A DNA stretch of 64,000 bases, from contig OX597814.1 in the NCBI GenBank assembly GCA_951406725.2, positions 85,994,001 to 86,058,000 on the forward strand, given 5' to 3'. A model generated the notes under the pieces. That model ran no database searches. It worked only from the letters and a program-made list of their open reading frames with translations, and had not been told where the DNA came from. This stretch comes from Octopus vulgaris (lineage: Eukaryota). Below are positions 1 through 12,430 of the stretch, piece by piece. Made by a program: the position numbers and the translations under genes. Numbering within the stretch: position 1 is the first letter of the stretch; each line of letters opens with the position of its first letter.

Positions 1-1759
1 TTAAGGTCGACCCAGGACGGCAGAGTTGCTTGAGAGCAACGCGACACTCGCGGTGCCATTCGCCCTTCCTCGGCCTCTTTTTGATCCACGACTGCAGTTC
101 GGTCATGGAGACGAGCTGCGGGAAAGCGTGCCTCACAAACGGCGACCACACCTGTTCACCGTCGTCTACATAGAGCCAGAGATGTCGCAGTCTCAGCGCG
201 TGTCTGCGCATCATCAACCACGGCATGCCCAGCCCTCCTTTTAACGGGTGTTGACAGCAAATGGATCGCCTGACCATCGGGACGCATCCTTTCCACAAGA
301 AGCGAAAGAGAATGCGTTGTAGTTTGGTGATGGTAGGGTCGGGACAAGGTACGACGGTCAGGCGGTAGTAGATGACGGACGCGATGTACGTGTTCGCCAC
401 CTCCGCTCGACCTTTTAGGGACAGTTTCCTCTCGGCCCATTGCCGGGCGAGAGTGACCACCCTACTCGTTATCTCGTTCCAGTTCTTCTCCACTTGGAGG
501 TCCGGACCAAACCAGACCCCGAGCAACTCAACCGGGCCGTCGGTCCAGCGTCCCACGACGGAGGCGCTGGTGGACGGCATGGGCTTGCTTCTCCAGGTGC
601 CTAGTCGCAAGCCCACTGACTTTTCCCGGTTGATTTTCGCTCCTGTCACCGCTTCGTAGTTTTTCAGTGTCTCGCCGACCAGCTCGATGTGCTCGTGGCT
701 AGACACTATGACGATGACGTCGTCCGCGTATGCAGACACGCTCGTCCCGCATCCCAATTCTCGCGGGATGCCCCTTAGAGTCGCCAGCTTCCGCAGTAGT
801 GGCTCAAGAGTCAATACGTATAGAAGCGCCGAGAGGGGGCATCCCTGACGGACCGAACGTGCAATGTTGAAAGGTCTCGATAGATGTCCATTTACGCGAA
901 TTACCGAACGGATGCCTCTGTACAAAGCAGCTATCCATCCGCGGAAAACGGGACCGAAACCAGCCGCTCTCAGGACTGCCCCCAAGTATCGATGGTCTAC
1001 CCTATCAAAGGCTTTCGATTGATCCAAGTTGATCAGGGCCCCACCCATGCCAGGTTCGTTAACTACCCTGTCTATGATGTAGCGCATCAGATGGAGGTTG
1101 TCATGGATGGTCCGGCCTGGCACGGCGCATGTTTGCGCCTTGTCGACCAGTTTCTCGATGACAAGCGCCAACCTCTTGGCTAGCACCTTGGCCAAAATTT
1201 TCAAGTCTGCATTAAGCAGAGTGATGGGCCTAAAGTTATCTATTACATTTCCCTTGTTTAGATCTTTCTTCAGCAGTGTTACGGCTCCTCGGCTCACAAA
1301 ACCAGGAATGCTCCCGTTTTGCTGCCAGTTGCAGTACACCGCCGCCAAGAGATCTCCAAACAAGTCTGGCATACAATTGTAAAGCTCGTAGGGTAGACCA
1401 TCCAAACCCGGTGATTTGTCCCTCGAGCATTCTGCCATCGCTTCCCGCACTTCCGCCGCCGTGATGGCACCTTCGCAGCACCCTGCCTTTCTTGTCGAGA
1501 GTCGTGGTAGGCTATGTAGGTAGGCACTGAAGTCCACCCTACGTTCTTGCCCTCCACTCGTTCCGAACAGTCGGGCAAAATGCTGCTGAAAGGCTTCACA
1601 CATTTTACTTGGCTCGAGCAATTCGCGCCCCTGTTCATCTACCAGTGACCGAATGGTGGCTTTGTTGCCCTGTTGCGCCTCTGCCACCCGGGCCTCTCTC
1701 GCGGCTCCAACACCTTCGTTCCTTAGAGCACGCATCCTAGCTCTGACAGCACATCCTTC
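1..1759 (-). mobile_element. Tx1-clade (L1 group) non-LTR retrotransposon, ORF2 linker + reverse transcriptase region, 5'-truncated, continues beyond window start
   Basis: One minus-strand frame gives EGCAVRARMR (from 1759), KSPGLDGLPYELY (~1417), DNFRPITLLNADLKILAKVLAKRL, LINLDQSKAFDRVDH (~1015), SVRQGCPLSALLY (~847), YADD (730-719), GAKINREKS, LSLKGR, FRFLWKG, KGGLG. All checked motifs share one frame. The frame is absent from the ORF track, consistent with no stop before the window edge. Much higher GC than the flanks. Confidence 0.95.
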
Positions 1760-1802
<43 letters not shown>

Positions 1803-2016
1803 TCATTCATTCATACATACATACATACATACATACATACATACATACATACATACATACATACATACATACATACATACATACATACGTACGTACATAC
1901 ATACGTACGTACGAACATACATACAAATACTCATACACACATGTACACGCTCTCTTTCTTCTGATTTTACTCTTCCAGTGACTTTCATTGCTCGCCCTCT
2001 CTCTCCCTCTCCATCC

Positions 2017-2074
<58 letters not shown>

Positions 2075-2212
2075 TGTATATATATATGTCTGTGTGTGTG
2101 TGTATGTATATGTATATCTGTATGTATGTCTGAATGTATGTATGTATGTATGTATGTATGTATGTATGTATGTATGTATGTATGTATGTATGTATGTATG
2201 TATGTATATGTG

Positions 2213-2256
<44 letters not shown>
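1760..2256. repeat. Compound microsatellite (GATA)n/(CATA)n/(TATC)n/(TATG)n/(TA)n
   Basis: Directly visible. Representative of dozens of similar tracts throughout the window. Confidence 0.97.
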
Positions 2257-2257
<1 letters not shown>

Positions 2258-2632
2258 TAGCAGTATCGCCCGGCGTTGCTCAGGTTTGTAAGGGAAATAA
2301 CTATAAAGCATTTTTAGAGAGTTATAGCCAAAAAATAGCAAAAAAATGGGAAAAAAATGATGGTAAATTTTTTTGAGAGTTAAAAAAGGTGGAGTTGCGT
2401 CCCCTAGACGGTCTGTGGTTTGGGTTTCTGATTCTCGACCCCATGTCGAATTTATCGATTTTTTTCAGAACTGGGGGAACTTTTCAAAATTTTCGCTGCG
2501 TTAGTTTTGAATTATGACATTGGGCTATGTGTGTGTCAAGTTTCATCAGAATCGGTTGAAAGCCGTGGTCAGAGAGAGGGTACGAGAAAACAGACACACA
2601 GAAAACGCACAGACAAACTGCCGTTTATATAT

Positions 2633-2635
<3 letters not shown>
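2257..2635 (-). mobile_element. Non-autonomous Helitron (Lep1-like architecture)
   Basis: On the minus strand it starts with TC (2635-2634) and ends with CTAG (2260-2257). It sits between host A and T, has a subterminal GC hairpin (cctgagcaacgccggg), and shows no TIR or TSD. Its 3' ~100 bp are shared with the element ending at 11480. Confidence 0.8.
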
Positions 2636-2675
<40 letters not shown>

Positions 2676-2708
2676 GCCACTAACATATATATATGTGTGT
2701 ATGAGTGT

Positions 2709-2760
<52 letters not shown>

Positions 2761-2778
2761 TGTGTGTGTCTGTGTGCG

Positions 2779-3166
2779 TGTTAGTGGCGATTCCGGTACT
2801 CGGGCTGTTCAGGCTTAGCCCGAGTATAAGATTAGTAAAGTGCAGTTTAGTAAAGTGTATTTGCAAGCTGATTTAACTACTGCCAACACTGACACGGTCT
2901 CCTTTTAGTGAGCCTGATCGCAGTTTATTTATTTTCGTTCAGGGTCTGGCAGTCGTCTAAGAGATGCCCTGTGTCAAAAAATATCATTCGTAGCAGACGT
3001 TCTCTCGACATCGTTCACACGCCTGGCTCTCACTCAGAAGTTCTATCCCGAGTTGTTATCTATAATCGTAAAAATTAAAAGCAATTCAAATTCAATGAGT
3101 GGACATTGAACCGGTGAGCGTGTTAAATAATAAGGCACAAAAAGGGAATGAATCTCCCCAGACACA
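2779..3166 (+). mobile_element. Possible solo LTR or unclassified interspersed repeat (TG...CA)
   Basis: Complex ~390 bp island between microsatellites, starting TGTTAG and ending ACA, with internal hairpin tactcgggct/agcccgagta. No PBS, PPT or TSD recognised. Confidence 0.3.
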
Positions 3167-3167
3167 A

Positions 3168-3240
<73 letters not shown>

Positions 3241-3693
3241 TGTATGTTAATATATACATACATACATACATACATACATACATACATACATACATACATA
3301 CATACATACATACATACATGCAACTTGGTATAAGAAGAGACAAAAATTTAGGTAGTCATTTATATTTATGATTTACATCCACATAATAAATACATAAATG
3401 TAAACATGGATAACATAAAATTGTAACAAGACAAGGAACATATTTATATATTATTTAGAAAGAAATAAGAGTTATATGAGGTAAAAATGTACATTTAAAG
3501 GGTAAATAAATAAAGGTTGATATACCGATTAAAAATCATATTAAATTTAAATTTAAGGTTAAAAGACGTTGAAATAAGGATTAAAAGTTATTAAAAACAT
3601 CGGCAGTAGCGGGAAATCCTAATTATGGGTTTAAAAGTCTAGAAGAGTTCCGAAGAAATGTTTTATGGAGGGTTATAACGTCAATATGAAGCA

Positions 3694-3777
3694 ATTCGAC
3701 AGCCGTTTCGGGAGTCCATTAGTCAGCAGGTATAAATCTTTTAGAGTTCGCACTGACATGTCCCCTTCATCGGGAAT
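3694..3777 (-). ncRNA. Type I hammerhead ribozyme-like motif with long stem II (within a PLE-like terminal fragment ~3325-3830)
   Basis: Minus strand: attc CCGATGA A GGG...gtcag...ctgac...CCC GAAAC GGCT GTC gaat. Stem I attc/gaat, GUC cleavage triplet, U4C variant core. Confidence 0.6.
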
Positions 3778-4100
3778 AGGTAAACAGATTATTAATCAAG
3801 TTTGAAGACATGTAAGAGAAAGGAAAGAATGAAAGGAATCATCGTGAAAGTGATTACTATCTGATGGAGTAGCCGATGACTAACGTAATGTAACCAAAAA
3901 TTTCCTCGAACTTGTGAGGAATTGATCATACTTGTGTCCTGTGTGTATGTGAAACATTCAATCACTTGGTTTACACTACAACAAATAGGTTACTTGGTTG
4001 TTTAAATAACAATAATATCCAAGATCGAAATCTACCTCTTTCATTCATATGCAACAAAACCTCCATAAACTAGAAAACCTTAAATAAATATTACCCTAAC

Positions 4101-4366
4101 CAGGGCTGGTTTTAAACCAATTAGACAGATTTGTTCAAACTGGGCCCCGTGCACAAATAGCTTCCTCCACTCTCGAGTGGAGGACGCCACGACAAATTTT
4201 TAGTATATCATTATGGTCAATTGTAGGGGGTCAAGCCCTCAGTGCTTTTTTGGCTGGGACTGGCGTATTACACAAAGCATAAAACATCAATGATTAGCCT
4301 TTGTAGAGTAGAGGGCCCCACTGACAACTCTCTAATTGGGTCCCGTACTTTCTAGCGCCGGCTCTG
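4101..4366. mobile_element. hAT-type MITE
   Basis: Imperfect TIR CAGGGCTGG...CCGGCTCTG flanked by an 8-bp TSD accctaac (4093-4100) / accctagc (4367-4374). Confidence 0.85.
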
Positions 4367-6207
4367 ACCCTAGCTATAATTAGAAACCCAATGAAGGATA
4401 TTCACACATTGTATAATACAAGCAACAAAACTATAATAAATATGTTGGCAGAAATCGCAACTACAGCAATGTTTTATTTTTGTTCAGTGTTTATTCTTGC
4501 AAAAGATAACACATATCAATTTGGTATTACTCGGAAACCAAAAAAAAAAAGATATTTTGTTTAAAATAGATTCCAAATTAAATTTAACTTCCAGAAAGCC
4601 GAGAAATTACATGCAGTGTGTATATCCTAACTGATTGTTTTTCAGCTGCGCTCATCCGTAATGCTAAACTATGACTAACGTTCCGCTAAAACCAAAACAC
4701 ATGTAGCTTCTGTCATAACTTACAATAAAGGATGTGGAAGCAATTAAAGAGTACCAACTCGTTGTCCTTTTATGCATTGGTATCCTGAAAGAAAGATGCT
4801 ATTTCCTGTTTTAGTTGTTGTTGATGTTGCTTAACTATAAATCAGCCATAGCTGGGTAAGTCTATGATAAAAGCCATTCTTTTAGATTATTTTGCTTTTT
4901 TTTTTTTCAGGGGGAGACGAGGAAGATGGGTGTGTTATTTCGGATAGAACCACTTCTTGTACTCATCTCCTGAAAGGCGTTCGTGGATGAAATCAGGCTG
5001 CCTATGGCTTTGATAATGGTATCTGAAACTTTAGAAAGTCGAAAAGCCTAGCATTCACAAGTAGGGACTAAAATCGTTCGCTTCTCTGTAAACCATCCTG
5101 GCGTTGACCAATTGTTTCCAATTCCCTACGCCCCCGACACCACAGTTTTGTGAATCAAAACTTATTCAGCACATCTTCCTAAATGTATTAATATGATTAC
5201 TACCACATTGATTATGAAGAAATATATGCAGGCACCCTGTATACATTTTATACATGAGATTTTGGCAAGCAATTAGTCCTGAGTTTAAGTGGCATTGAAT
5301 TTGGAAATCAAATTTGTTTTTACCAATGCCCACTAACTTCGTATCTTCATAACTCCATCGAGAACTTGCTTGTAAATGTCAAGAAGATAGCTCCGAAACA
5401 CGGTCAGTTTTTGTACCAGTGTCGAATAATCAAGGCTCTTTCTGGTGCTTCCCCACCATTGAAGTTACATGCTTTTGGTTCAATACAGAAACAACGTTTC
5501 TTTCGAATTTATATTCACCCTACACTCTAATTAAACTTCTCTTCTTCACTTCAGATTTTTCTCTATGACGAATCTGTATCTTACTGAGCACACTCTGTAA
5601 CATTTATTGCATATGCATATACATGTAAGTACGTGTATGTATATAGACATGTTTGTATGCAGGTACGTATGTATGTATGTATGTATGTATGTATGTATGT
5701 ATGTATGTATGTATGTATGTATGTATGAATGTATGTATGTATGTATGTATGTATGTATGTATGAATGTATATATATATATATATGTATGTATGTATGTAT
5801 GTATGCATGTATGTATGTATGAATGTATGCATGCATGCATGCATGTATATATGTATGTATGTATGTATGTATGCATGTATGTATGTATGAATGTATGCAT
5901 TCATGCATGCATGTATGTATGTATGTATATATCTATGCAACTACGTACGCAAATAGGTATATATGTCTGTAAGGATGCATATATAGTAATTGTGTCTCTA
6001 TATATTTGCATGCGATGTGCGTATGTCCGTCCAGTAGAATTTAATAGATAATCTATTAAGGAAGAACAGCTTAACAAACAAATGTAATCTTCATGCAATT
6101 TACATAATTGGATTTCTGAGAAAGACACTTAGAAACGCATGACTTTTGTAAACCATTAAATAAATGGAAGCTTTATCTTAACTCGTAATGTACCACAGTG
6201 CATCGAA

Positions 6208-6275
6208 TAGTGCCGCCTCGCAATAATGTAGTGACACCTCGAAATAATGTTGTGCCACCTCGAAATAGTGTAGTG
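6208..6275. repeat. 21-bp minisatellite, ~3 copies (gtgccacctcgaaataatgta-like)
   Basis: Directly visible imperfect tandem units. Confidence 0.8.
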
Positions 6276-6329
6276 TGTTATACATCAGGTTGTGTAGTGT
6301 ATCTTCGTGAATAACTACAGTTGTTTGTT

Positions 6330-7480
6330 TACAATCAATAAAGCATTATTTCAGCTTACACGCAGCATTTAGGTTAAGTCATAAGAAAGTTTACATATAA
6401 TGTTCGCAAGTCGAAACTGGCACCAATTTGTAACTGAATCCTTAGAATATTTTACAATGTTTCCTTTTCGCAACAGATATATTCAATCGGTAAGATCCAA
6501 CTCAGTCTTTTTTTAGAAACATCTGTGTCAGTATTTCCATGAACATACAGTAATAATTTCATTTATTGTAAAGACGAAATGGCTGCATGGAAATGGTCAT
6601 TGGATTATTGGCTTGTGGGAAATGAATTTAAGTATGCTCTTGTTAATGTTTCCTTATGTTTCTGAACAGAACACTTTATTCTACATGTAACACAATGCAA
6701 TTTTCTCTCATGCAAAGATGTTTTATTTCGCTACGAATCCAATTGTGATGACGTCATTCATTTGGCTAAACATTTTGCTAAGAAAAATGACATAGCAGAC
6801 GACATGTGTTTTCAACTAGCCAGTAACAACTTTCGACCCGTCATTAATTGGTTTTGACCAATCACGACCTGTACTAACTTTTGGCACAAATTTTAGAGTT
6901 ATGGCGATATTTTTTATCATGAAATACTGCGTTCTTCCGCACACATAGTTTCGATTTTCCTGGCTGTCTGGAATAGGGACCAGGTCAATCTGGGAACATT
7001 CAGTATAAGACTCCCTGAATCATCTTAATATAATGTATGGCCGCTGGTTACTGTTTCTGATTCTGAATACAAGCTAAGTAAACTCCACACGTACAAAGCA
7101 TCCACCATCAAATGAATACTTTCCTCGGCTATTACGGATTTCAATCAAAATGTTCTTGCTATAATACTATGCATCTTGGGAAGGCAGTAACTGGCTTGGA
7201 ATTTTGAGAAGTTGTTCGTGGACTGATGAAATTGCTTGAAATATCTTAAAGGAACTGAAATAAAGAGTCTCATAAATAACAGCTTATATATGGACTCAAA
7301 TGGACAAATCAGGATGCACTGGGGAAAATTCAGCATCACAAGTTGTCGTTCTTGTTGTGTTCCTCGGGTCAGCTCTGATCTACGTGGGTAGTCGGCCGGA
7401 TGACTGGGAGTGATTTTCATATCAATTACTCTCGATGCACTATACTTCCAGCTAGGATACTCCAACATGCATTAGTTAAT
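6330..7480 (+). pseudogene. Heavily decayed RTE-clade (BovB-like) LINE reverse transcriptase remnant
   Basis: Plus-strand peptides in RTE order, with stops and frameshifts: DVLFRYESNCDDVIHLAKHFAK..DIADDMCF (cf. IRYRTDG.LFNL..LLFADD), NVW..KLHTYKA (cf. VW..TKL.VYKA), IYGLKWTNQDAL (cf. ILGI.W...TN.EVL), QL*STWVVGRM (cf. QLRW.GHV.RM). Confidence 0.5.
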
Positions 7481-7947
7481 TGTATGTCGTATTGTGTTGC
7501 ATGTTATAATGTCTGGGCATGTTATAATGTCTAATTTTGTACGCTTGTAGATGCTGGTGATTACTCCAGCAGATAGGACAAAGTGGATTCTATGAAAACA
7601 TGGTAGTTTCCTTCCACTGTATATAAAATTTGAGGTGTTTGTTCCAGTACAATGCTTAGAACTAATAACGCTATTCATATTGTCGCTGATTCTGTGTATA
7701 TGTATTTTTATGACTGATCTCAGGAAGAGATTGTTGATAGCTATGAAAGGGTTTTCAAATATGGGACATCGAAATTTGAAGATGAGGCACTACGGTAATA
7801 TACATCTACAGTAGATAGACAGACAAACCGATTGATTGATTGATAGTTGATTGATTGAAAATTTAATCGATGCACAGATAGACCGATACATATATAAATA
7901 CGTAGGTAGACAGATAGAAAGGTGTGTATACAGACAGAAAGGTGTGT

Positions 7948-8010
<63 letters not shown>

Positions 8011-8015
8011 TAGAC

Positions 8016-8074
<59 letters not shown>

Positions 8075-8091
8075 GATATATATATATATAT

Positions 8092-8178
<87 letters not shown>

Positions 8179-8904
8179 GGTGGCTGGAAGGACAGAGAGA
8201 GAAACAGACAGATAGGCAAATAGATAGAGATAGAAAGAGAGAGAGGAGACAGACAGACAGACATATAGAGAAAAAGCGGGGAGAGAGAGATGGACAGAGA
8301 AGAGGAAGTGCTGATAAAGTCTATAGATTATAAGACCGCGTGTGTTGCAGAAGGAAATAATTGAAGACCAGATATAGCTTAAAGGGTCTGATATATTATA
8401 CATGCTAAGTTAACGTTAAGTTAACGTTAACACATTTAAAGCAGGGAGCATTGAATATGCTAACTAGAAATAGTTATTCACTGAGGAAAGAAAACCATAT
8501 GAGTCACTGAATAATATTATTTTAATTATAACCACATCAGAGAAACATGACTTCGCCATACTTTCTGAAGTATTGATTGAATAATCTGTAATTAAATTGT
8601 GCCTTCTCGTACAATTCCATTAGTGATTTACTTATCACTGCTTTGGCAAATTCGTTGAAGTCTATACTTAACTGATGATGCTATGAGAATGCCAAAACAT
8701 GTCCAGAGTTATCTCCCGTACTTGCTGAAAGTATGAGATAACATTTGTCGGTGACTAATATTGTTTGGTTTCCTTTTTCATCACCGCATAGTTGTTTCTT
8801 GTTAGCTTTTTTAATACTCCCTGTATTTAAATATTTAAATATGTTAACACTAACTTATCTATACGCCTTCATTGCAAATAGCTTTTCTAAGCGATATGTG
8901 TGTT

Positions 8905-8979
<75 letters not shown>

Positions 8980-9109
8980 CTCTATGTGTATGCATACACA
9001 CACACATATATATGTGTATATATATATATAAAATAAATATAAGAGAGTGGTCACTATATGATATATATATATATTTGTCTCTATGTGTATGCATATACAC
9101 ACACACATA

Positions 9110-9150
<41 letters not shown>

Positions 9151-9154
<4 letters not shown>

Positions 9155-10297
9155 AGAATTCGCACAAAAAAAAAGCAAAAGACGAAGACAGGTGGTGTAG
9201 ACAACAACCAGATGTATTAGTTTAACACTCGGGATGTGAGTAAGTCTTTTACGTTTCGAGCCTATGCTCCTCGACAGAAAGGAACACAGAAATAAACAGG
9301 GAGAGAAAATAGAAAAAAATTAGTGGCTAGCGATCTATCATGACGAATGGCGGGCAGAGGGGTCACGCGAAGGTACGCGTGCGTGTGCTTGTGAAAGCGT
9401 GTATTTGCGTGTGGAAGGGGCTGGTAACATTGACGTGTGCGTGTGTGCATGTGTAGGTGTGTGGATGATGGTGTAGATGCTGGGAAGTGGTCAGTGCTAG
9501 TGTGTGCGGGATAGTGTGATGTGTTGTGGTGTGGTGTGATATGGTGGTGGGTGCTGTGGTGGTGCATAGAGTGGTGGTGTGTAGAAAGGTGGTGTTGGGG
9601 TGTGGGGGAGCCGACAGTGGTGGAAGCAAGGGTGGAGCCTAAATGATGGGGGTGGGGTGGGATGGGATGTATAGGGATGGTGGGGTTGGAATGTAGTGTG
9701 GGATAACGAGTGAGGGGTGACGATGAAGGGAGAAGGTGGGTAGGATTGAAGAGAAGTAGGTGCCAGAGCAAGAGAGGAGAGGTGGATGGGAGGAAGTAGG
9801 TGTGAGAGGAAGAGAGGAGAGATGAGGAGGGTTAGATGAAGAGTGGAGGAGAGTTGAGTCCAAGTGACACAAAGGAGCGAAGAGAGAATATTAATCCCTG
9901 CTCACGGCGAAGACGGGAGTCCGGATGAACCCTGTGCAAGGACAATCCGAACACAGACAGATATTGTAAAGAGTGACCGGTAGAGCGGAAATGGCGCGAG
10001 ACCGAGGTGTCGTTGCCGAGTCAGATGTCTCGGAGTTGTTCCGCGAACCAGGCAGATGTATAGCGAAGGACAGAGAGAGCAGGAGATGCAGTAGATGACG
10101 TTGCTAGAAATGCAGGTGAAGGAGTCAGCGATATGATGGGGTCGATGATGAGTGCCTGTGAGGAGGGTGGTGTTGGAGAGGTAAGGGCAAGTGCGGAAGC
10201 GTGGGCGGGAGCAGGGGAACGAGCCGGGTTGGGAGGTTGGGTTATGGAAGAAGCTGTAGACCAAGAGATCTCGTAGGTTGTGGGCTTGTTTGAAGGA
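9151..10297 (-). mobile_element. Penelope-like element (Neptune-type) 3' part: Cys-rich linker + GIY-YIG endonuclease, low-complexity tail, terminal repeat with hammerhead
   Basis: ORF 9902-10264 gives PGSFPCSRPRFRTCP..FTCISSNVIYCISCSLCPSLYI. After a frameshift/deletion: VSRHF..GHS..RLRREQGLIFSL..LGLNS. Then a (CCA)-rich tract, a hammerhead at 9246-9281, and an end abutting (TA)n. Confidence 0.85.
9246..9281 (-). ncRNA. Minimal type I hammerhead ribozyme motif (A6U variant)
   Basis: Minus strand: cttt CTGTCGA G GAGC atag GCTC GAAAC GTA aaag. Confidence 0.7.
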
Positions 10298-10320
10298 TAT
10301 ATATGTATGTATGTATGTAT

Positions 10321-10830
10321 GTGTTCCCCCCTCCCGTCGTTGACCCGCGACGAGACTTCCGCTACTGTCTTTCTAGCCTAACCCTCTCGAGGTGTGGACG
10401 ACAATTCTTTTTGCTCCGTTCGTCGTTCACAAAAAAATCCGCGTTCGTAATACTTTTTTTCGTTCGGTGTTAACAGCCCTTCTCATCTTGTTTTTCCCCT
10501 CCTGTCTTTTACTGTTTATAATTTGTACTGTCGTTACTGTCCTGTTTTTGTTATCATTTTTTACCCCTCTGCGAAAAGATCTCAGAATTTTAATTGATTT
10601 GCTTTTCGCAGGAAGGAAAGTTTCTTGTCGAAGATACGTCTCGCTTTCACCTTCGAAACGTAGAGTAGATGAAACCATAGCGACTGAACAAGGGGTTTTT
10701 TCTTTGTGTTAATTGTCCTGTACTCTATTTTTTTGTTGTTTAAAAAAATGTCCAGTTCCTTGAGTTTGTGTCTATGTTTTCGTTTCTCTTTGTGTTCGAC
10801 GTCTTTTTGGTGTCCCGTATTCATATATGC
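10321..10830 (+). mobile_element. PLE-like terminal (pLTR) fragment with degenerate hammerhead at 10622-10665
   Basis: Pyrimidine-rich island between microsatellites containing ttc TTGTCGA AGA...TTC GAAACGTA gag. Confidence 0.45.
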
Positions 10831-10896
10831 GTGTATATGTACATGTAGAGGTAGGTACGTACATATATGTTTATATATATGCATATGTTTTATTTA

Positions 10897-10954
<58 letters not shown>

Positions 10955-10964
<10 letters not shown>

Positions 10965-11480
10965 TGTAGTTGTGTGAGTGTCTGTCCCCTTCGATTTAGA
11001 TTCCTAACTACTCACACATTTTGCGGTGCAGTTTAACCAAATTCGAGTATCTTATAGTCGTAATTCATATCGAGCCCGTCTGGCTATTAGCGCGCGTCTA
11101 CGATGAGTCTACGATTTTAAAAATAATTTAACATCATTTTTTATTCCATTTTAATGCATAATTTTTCGTGTGTCGATGGCGGCGGAGTTGGCGTCCACGG
11201 TCACACCTGCACCTGTTTGCTTCTCCCCCTTCTTCCCTCCCTCGTGAAGCTGTGGGGAAGGGAGTGTAAGGAAATCAACGTCGTAAAGCGTTGTCAAGGA
11301 GACCAGCGTTCTTTTAGAACAACGACTTCATGGCTTGAAGACACTGAGTCAACGATTTAAAAAAAAATTATCATCATTTTTTTATTCCATTTTTAATGCA
11401 TTTTTTTGCTATAACTCTCTAAAAATGCTTATATAGTTATTTCCCTTACAAACCCGAGCAACGCCGGGCGATACTGCTAG
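10955..11480 (+). mobile_element. Non-autonomous Helitron, same 3' end as 2257-2635 but different interior
   Basis: Ends ...gctataactctctaaaaatgcttatatagttatttcccttacaaacccgagcaacgccgggcgatactgCTAG|T, with hairpin cccg/cggg about 10 nt before CTAG. The 5' end merges into (TA)n. Confidence 0.8.
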
Positions 11481-11608
11481 TTTATTTATATAGTATGTTA
11501 GTACAGATAAAGTAAAATAAACGTTCAACTCGGAAAACATTCACATGGACAACGAATATTTCAATAGTCACCTTAAGGTTGTTGAATCAACCCCCCACCC
11601 ACCTCCAA

Positions 11609-11830
11609 TTCTTTACTTGTTTCAGTCATTTGACTGCGGCCATGCTGGAGCACCGCATTTAATCGAGCAAATCAACCCCAGGACTTATTCTTTGTGAGCC
11701 TAGTACTTATTTTATCGGACTCTTTTGCCGAACCACTAAGTTACGTGGACGTAAACACACCAACAACTGTTGTCAAGCGATGGTAGGGCGACAAACACAG
11801 ACACACAAGCATACACACACACACAAACAT
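11609..11830 (-). mobile_element. tRNA-derived SINE family A (CORE-like, octopus OR2-like), 3' half
   Basis: ttgtttcagtcatttgactgcggccatgctggagcaccgc...gcctagtacttat...gccgaacc matches the other family A copies in the window. Confidence 0.85.
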
Positions 11831-11849
11831 ATATTCCTACATATATAAG

Positions 11850-12430
11850 GTGAAATATATCGACCATCCTACACCGATTAAGCCAAATGTAAAAACAGAC
11901 ACAACCCCTGCTGTATCTAGAAATTTTGCGAAGACATTCAGTACGCAGTTCTCTTACATACCGATATCACAAAATCTTCAGCAATTATTCTGTTAAAGTA
12001 AGTTGCAATTGCAAAGATTGCATATCGGTAGCCCCATCCAAAAAATCTCGAAATTACACAGTAACAACTATAATGTAATTGCAAGACATGAATAGGGACA
12101 TTTGGGTGGGAAACGTGTCGAAAGAAATTACATAGGGACACAGTGAAGAATCGATAGACCCTGCAGTAAAATCAAGCATCGCCATAATAAATAATACATA
12201 TAAACCAATGCAATGCACCACACACTGTCCATATCCAACAACCTAAGCGTTCTCTAGCTCTGTCTTTCTTTTTGCCAATATGCACCATGTGTAAGAGTTG
12301 AGTATATTCCGCTTCAAATGTCTTCTACATAATTTACCCTTACAAACTTTCCTTGCATTTAAAACGAGATTTAGCAGGAGATTATGTTAACTTACACTGT
12401 TGAAGACGTTCGACATTTCAAGCTCAAGCA
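11850..12430 (+). pseudogene. Decayed Naiad-type PLE linker/GIY-YIG region
   Basis: Peptides HPTPIKPNVKTD (cf. NPPFS.NVKTN), YRYHKIFSNYSVKVSCNC (cf. HKIFNRNTVKVSYSC), CNCK, HIQQPK, ICTMCK in Naiad order. Confidence 0.55.

Noticed and set aside
26-1638. Short GC-rich ORFs listed over 26-1638
   Set aside because: They are alternative or antisense frames of the Tx1 RT, whose true frame is not listed.
5258-5530. ~90-codon stop-free plus frame (DFGKQLVLSL...RFFRIYIH)
   Set aside because: No recognisable homology or splice signals. It needs BLASTX and is left unannotated.
6208-6275. Short repeats considered as CRISPR-like
   Set aside because: Contiguous tandem units without unique spacers, in a eukaryotic context with no cas genes.
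6780-7140. Minus-strand peptide TECSQIDLV..NYVCGR..ITLKF resembling a CUB domain
   Set aside because: It is interrupted by stops, and the plus strand is better explained by ordered RTE RT motifs.
7145-7678. ORFs 7145-7468 and 7472-7678 (minus)
   Set aside because: No recognisable domain; antisense to or adjacent to the decayed LINE.
8408-8431. gttaacgttaagttaacgttaac tandem palindrome
   Set aside because: A small local duplication with no supporting context.
8668-8710. CTGATGA...CAAAACATGTC hammerhead-like motif
   Set aside because: GAAA is broken and the stems are weak. Possibly a decayed copy, but not supportable.
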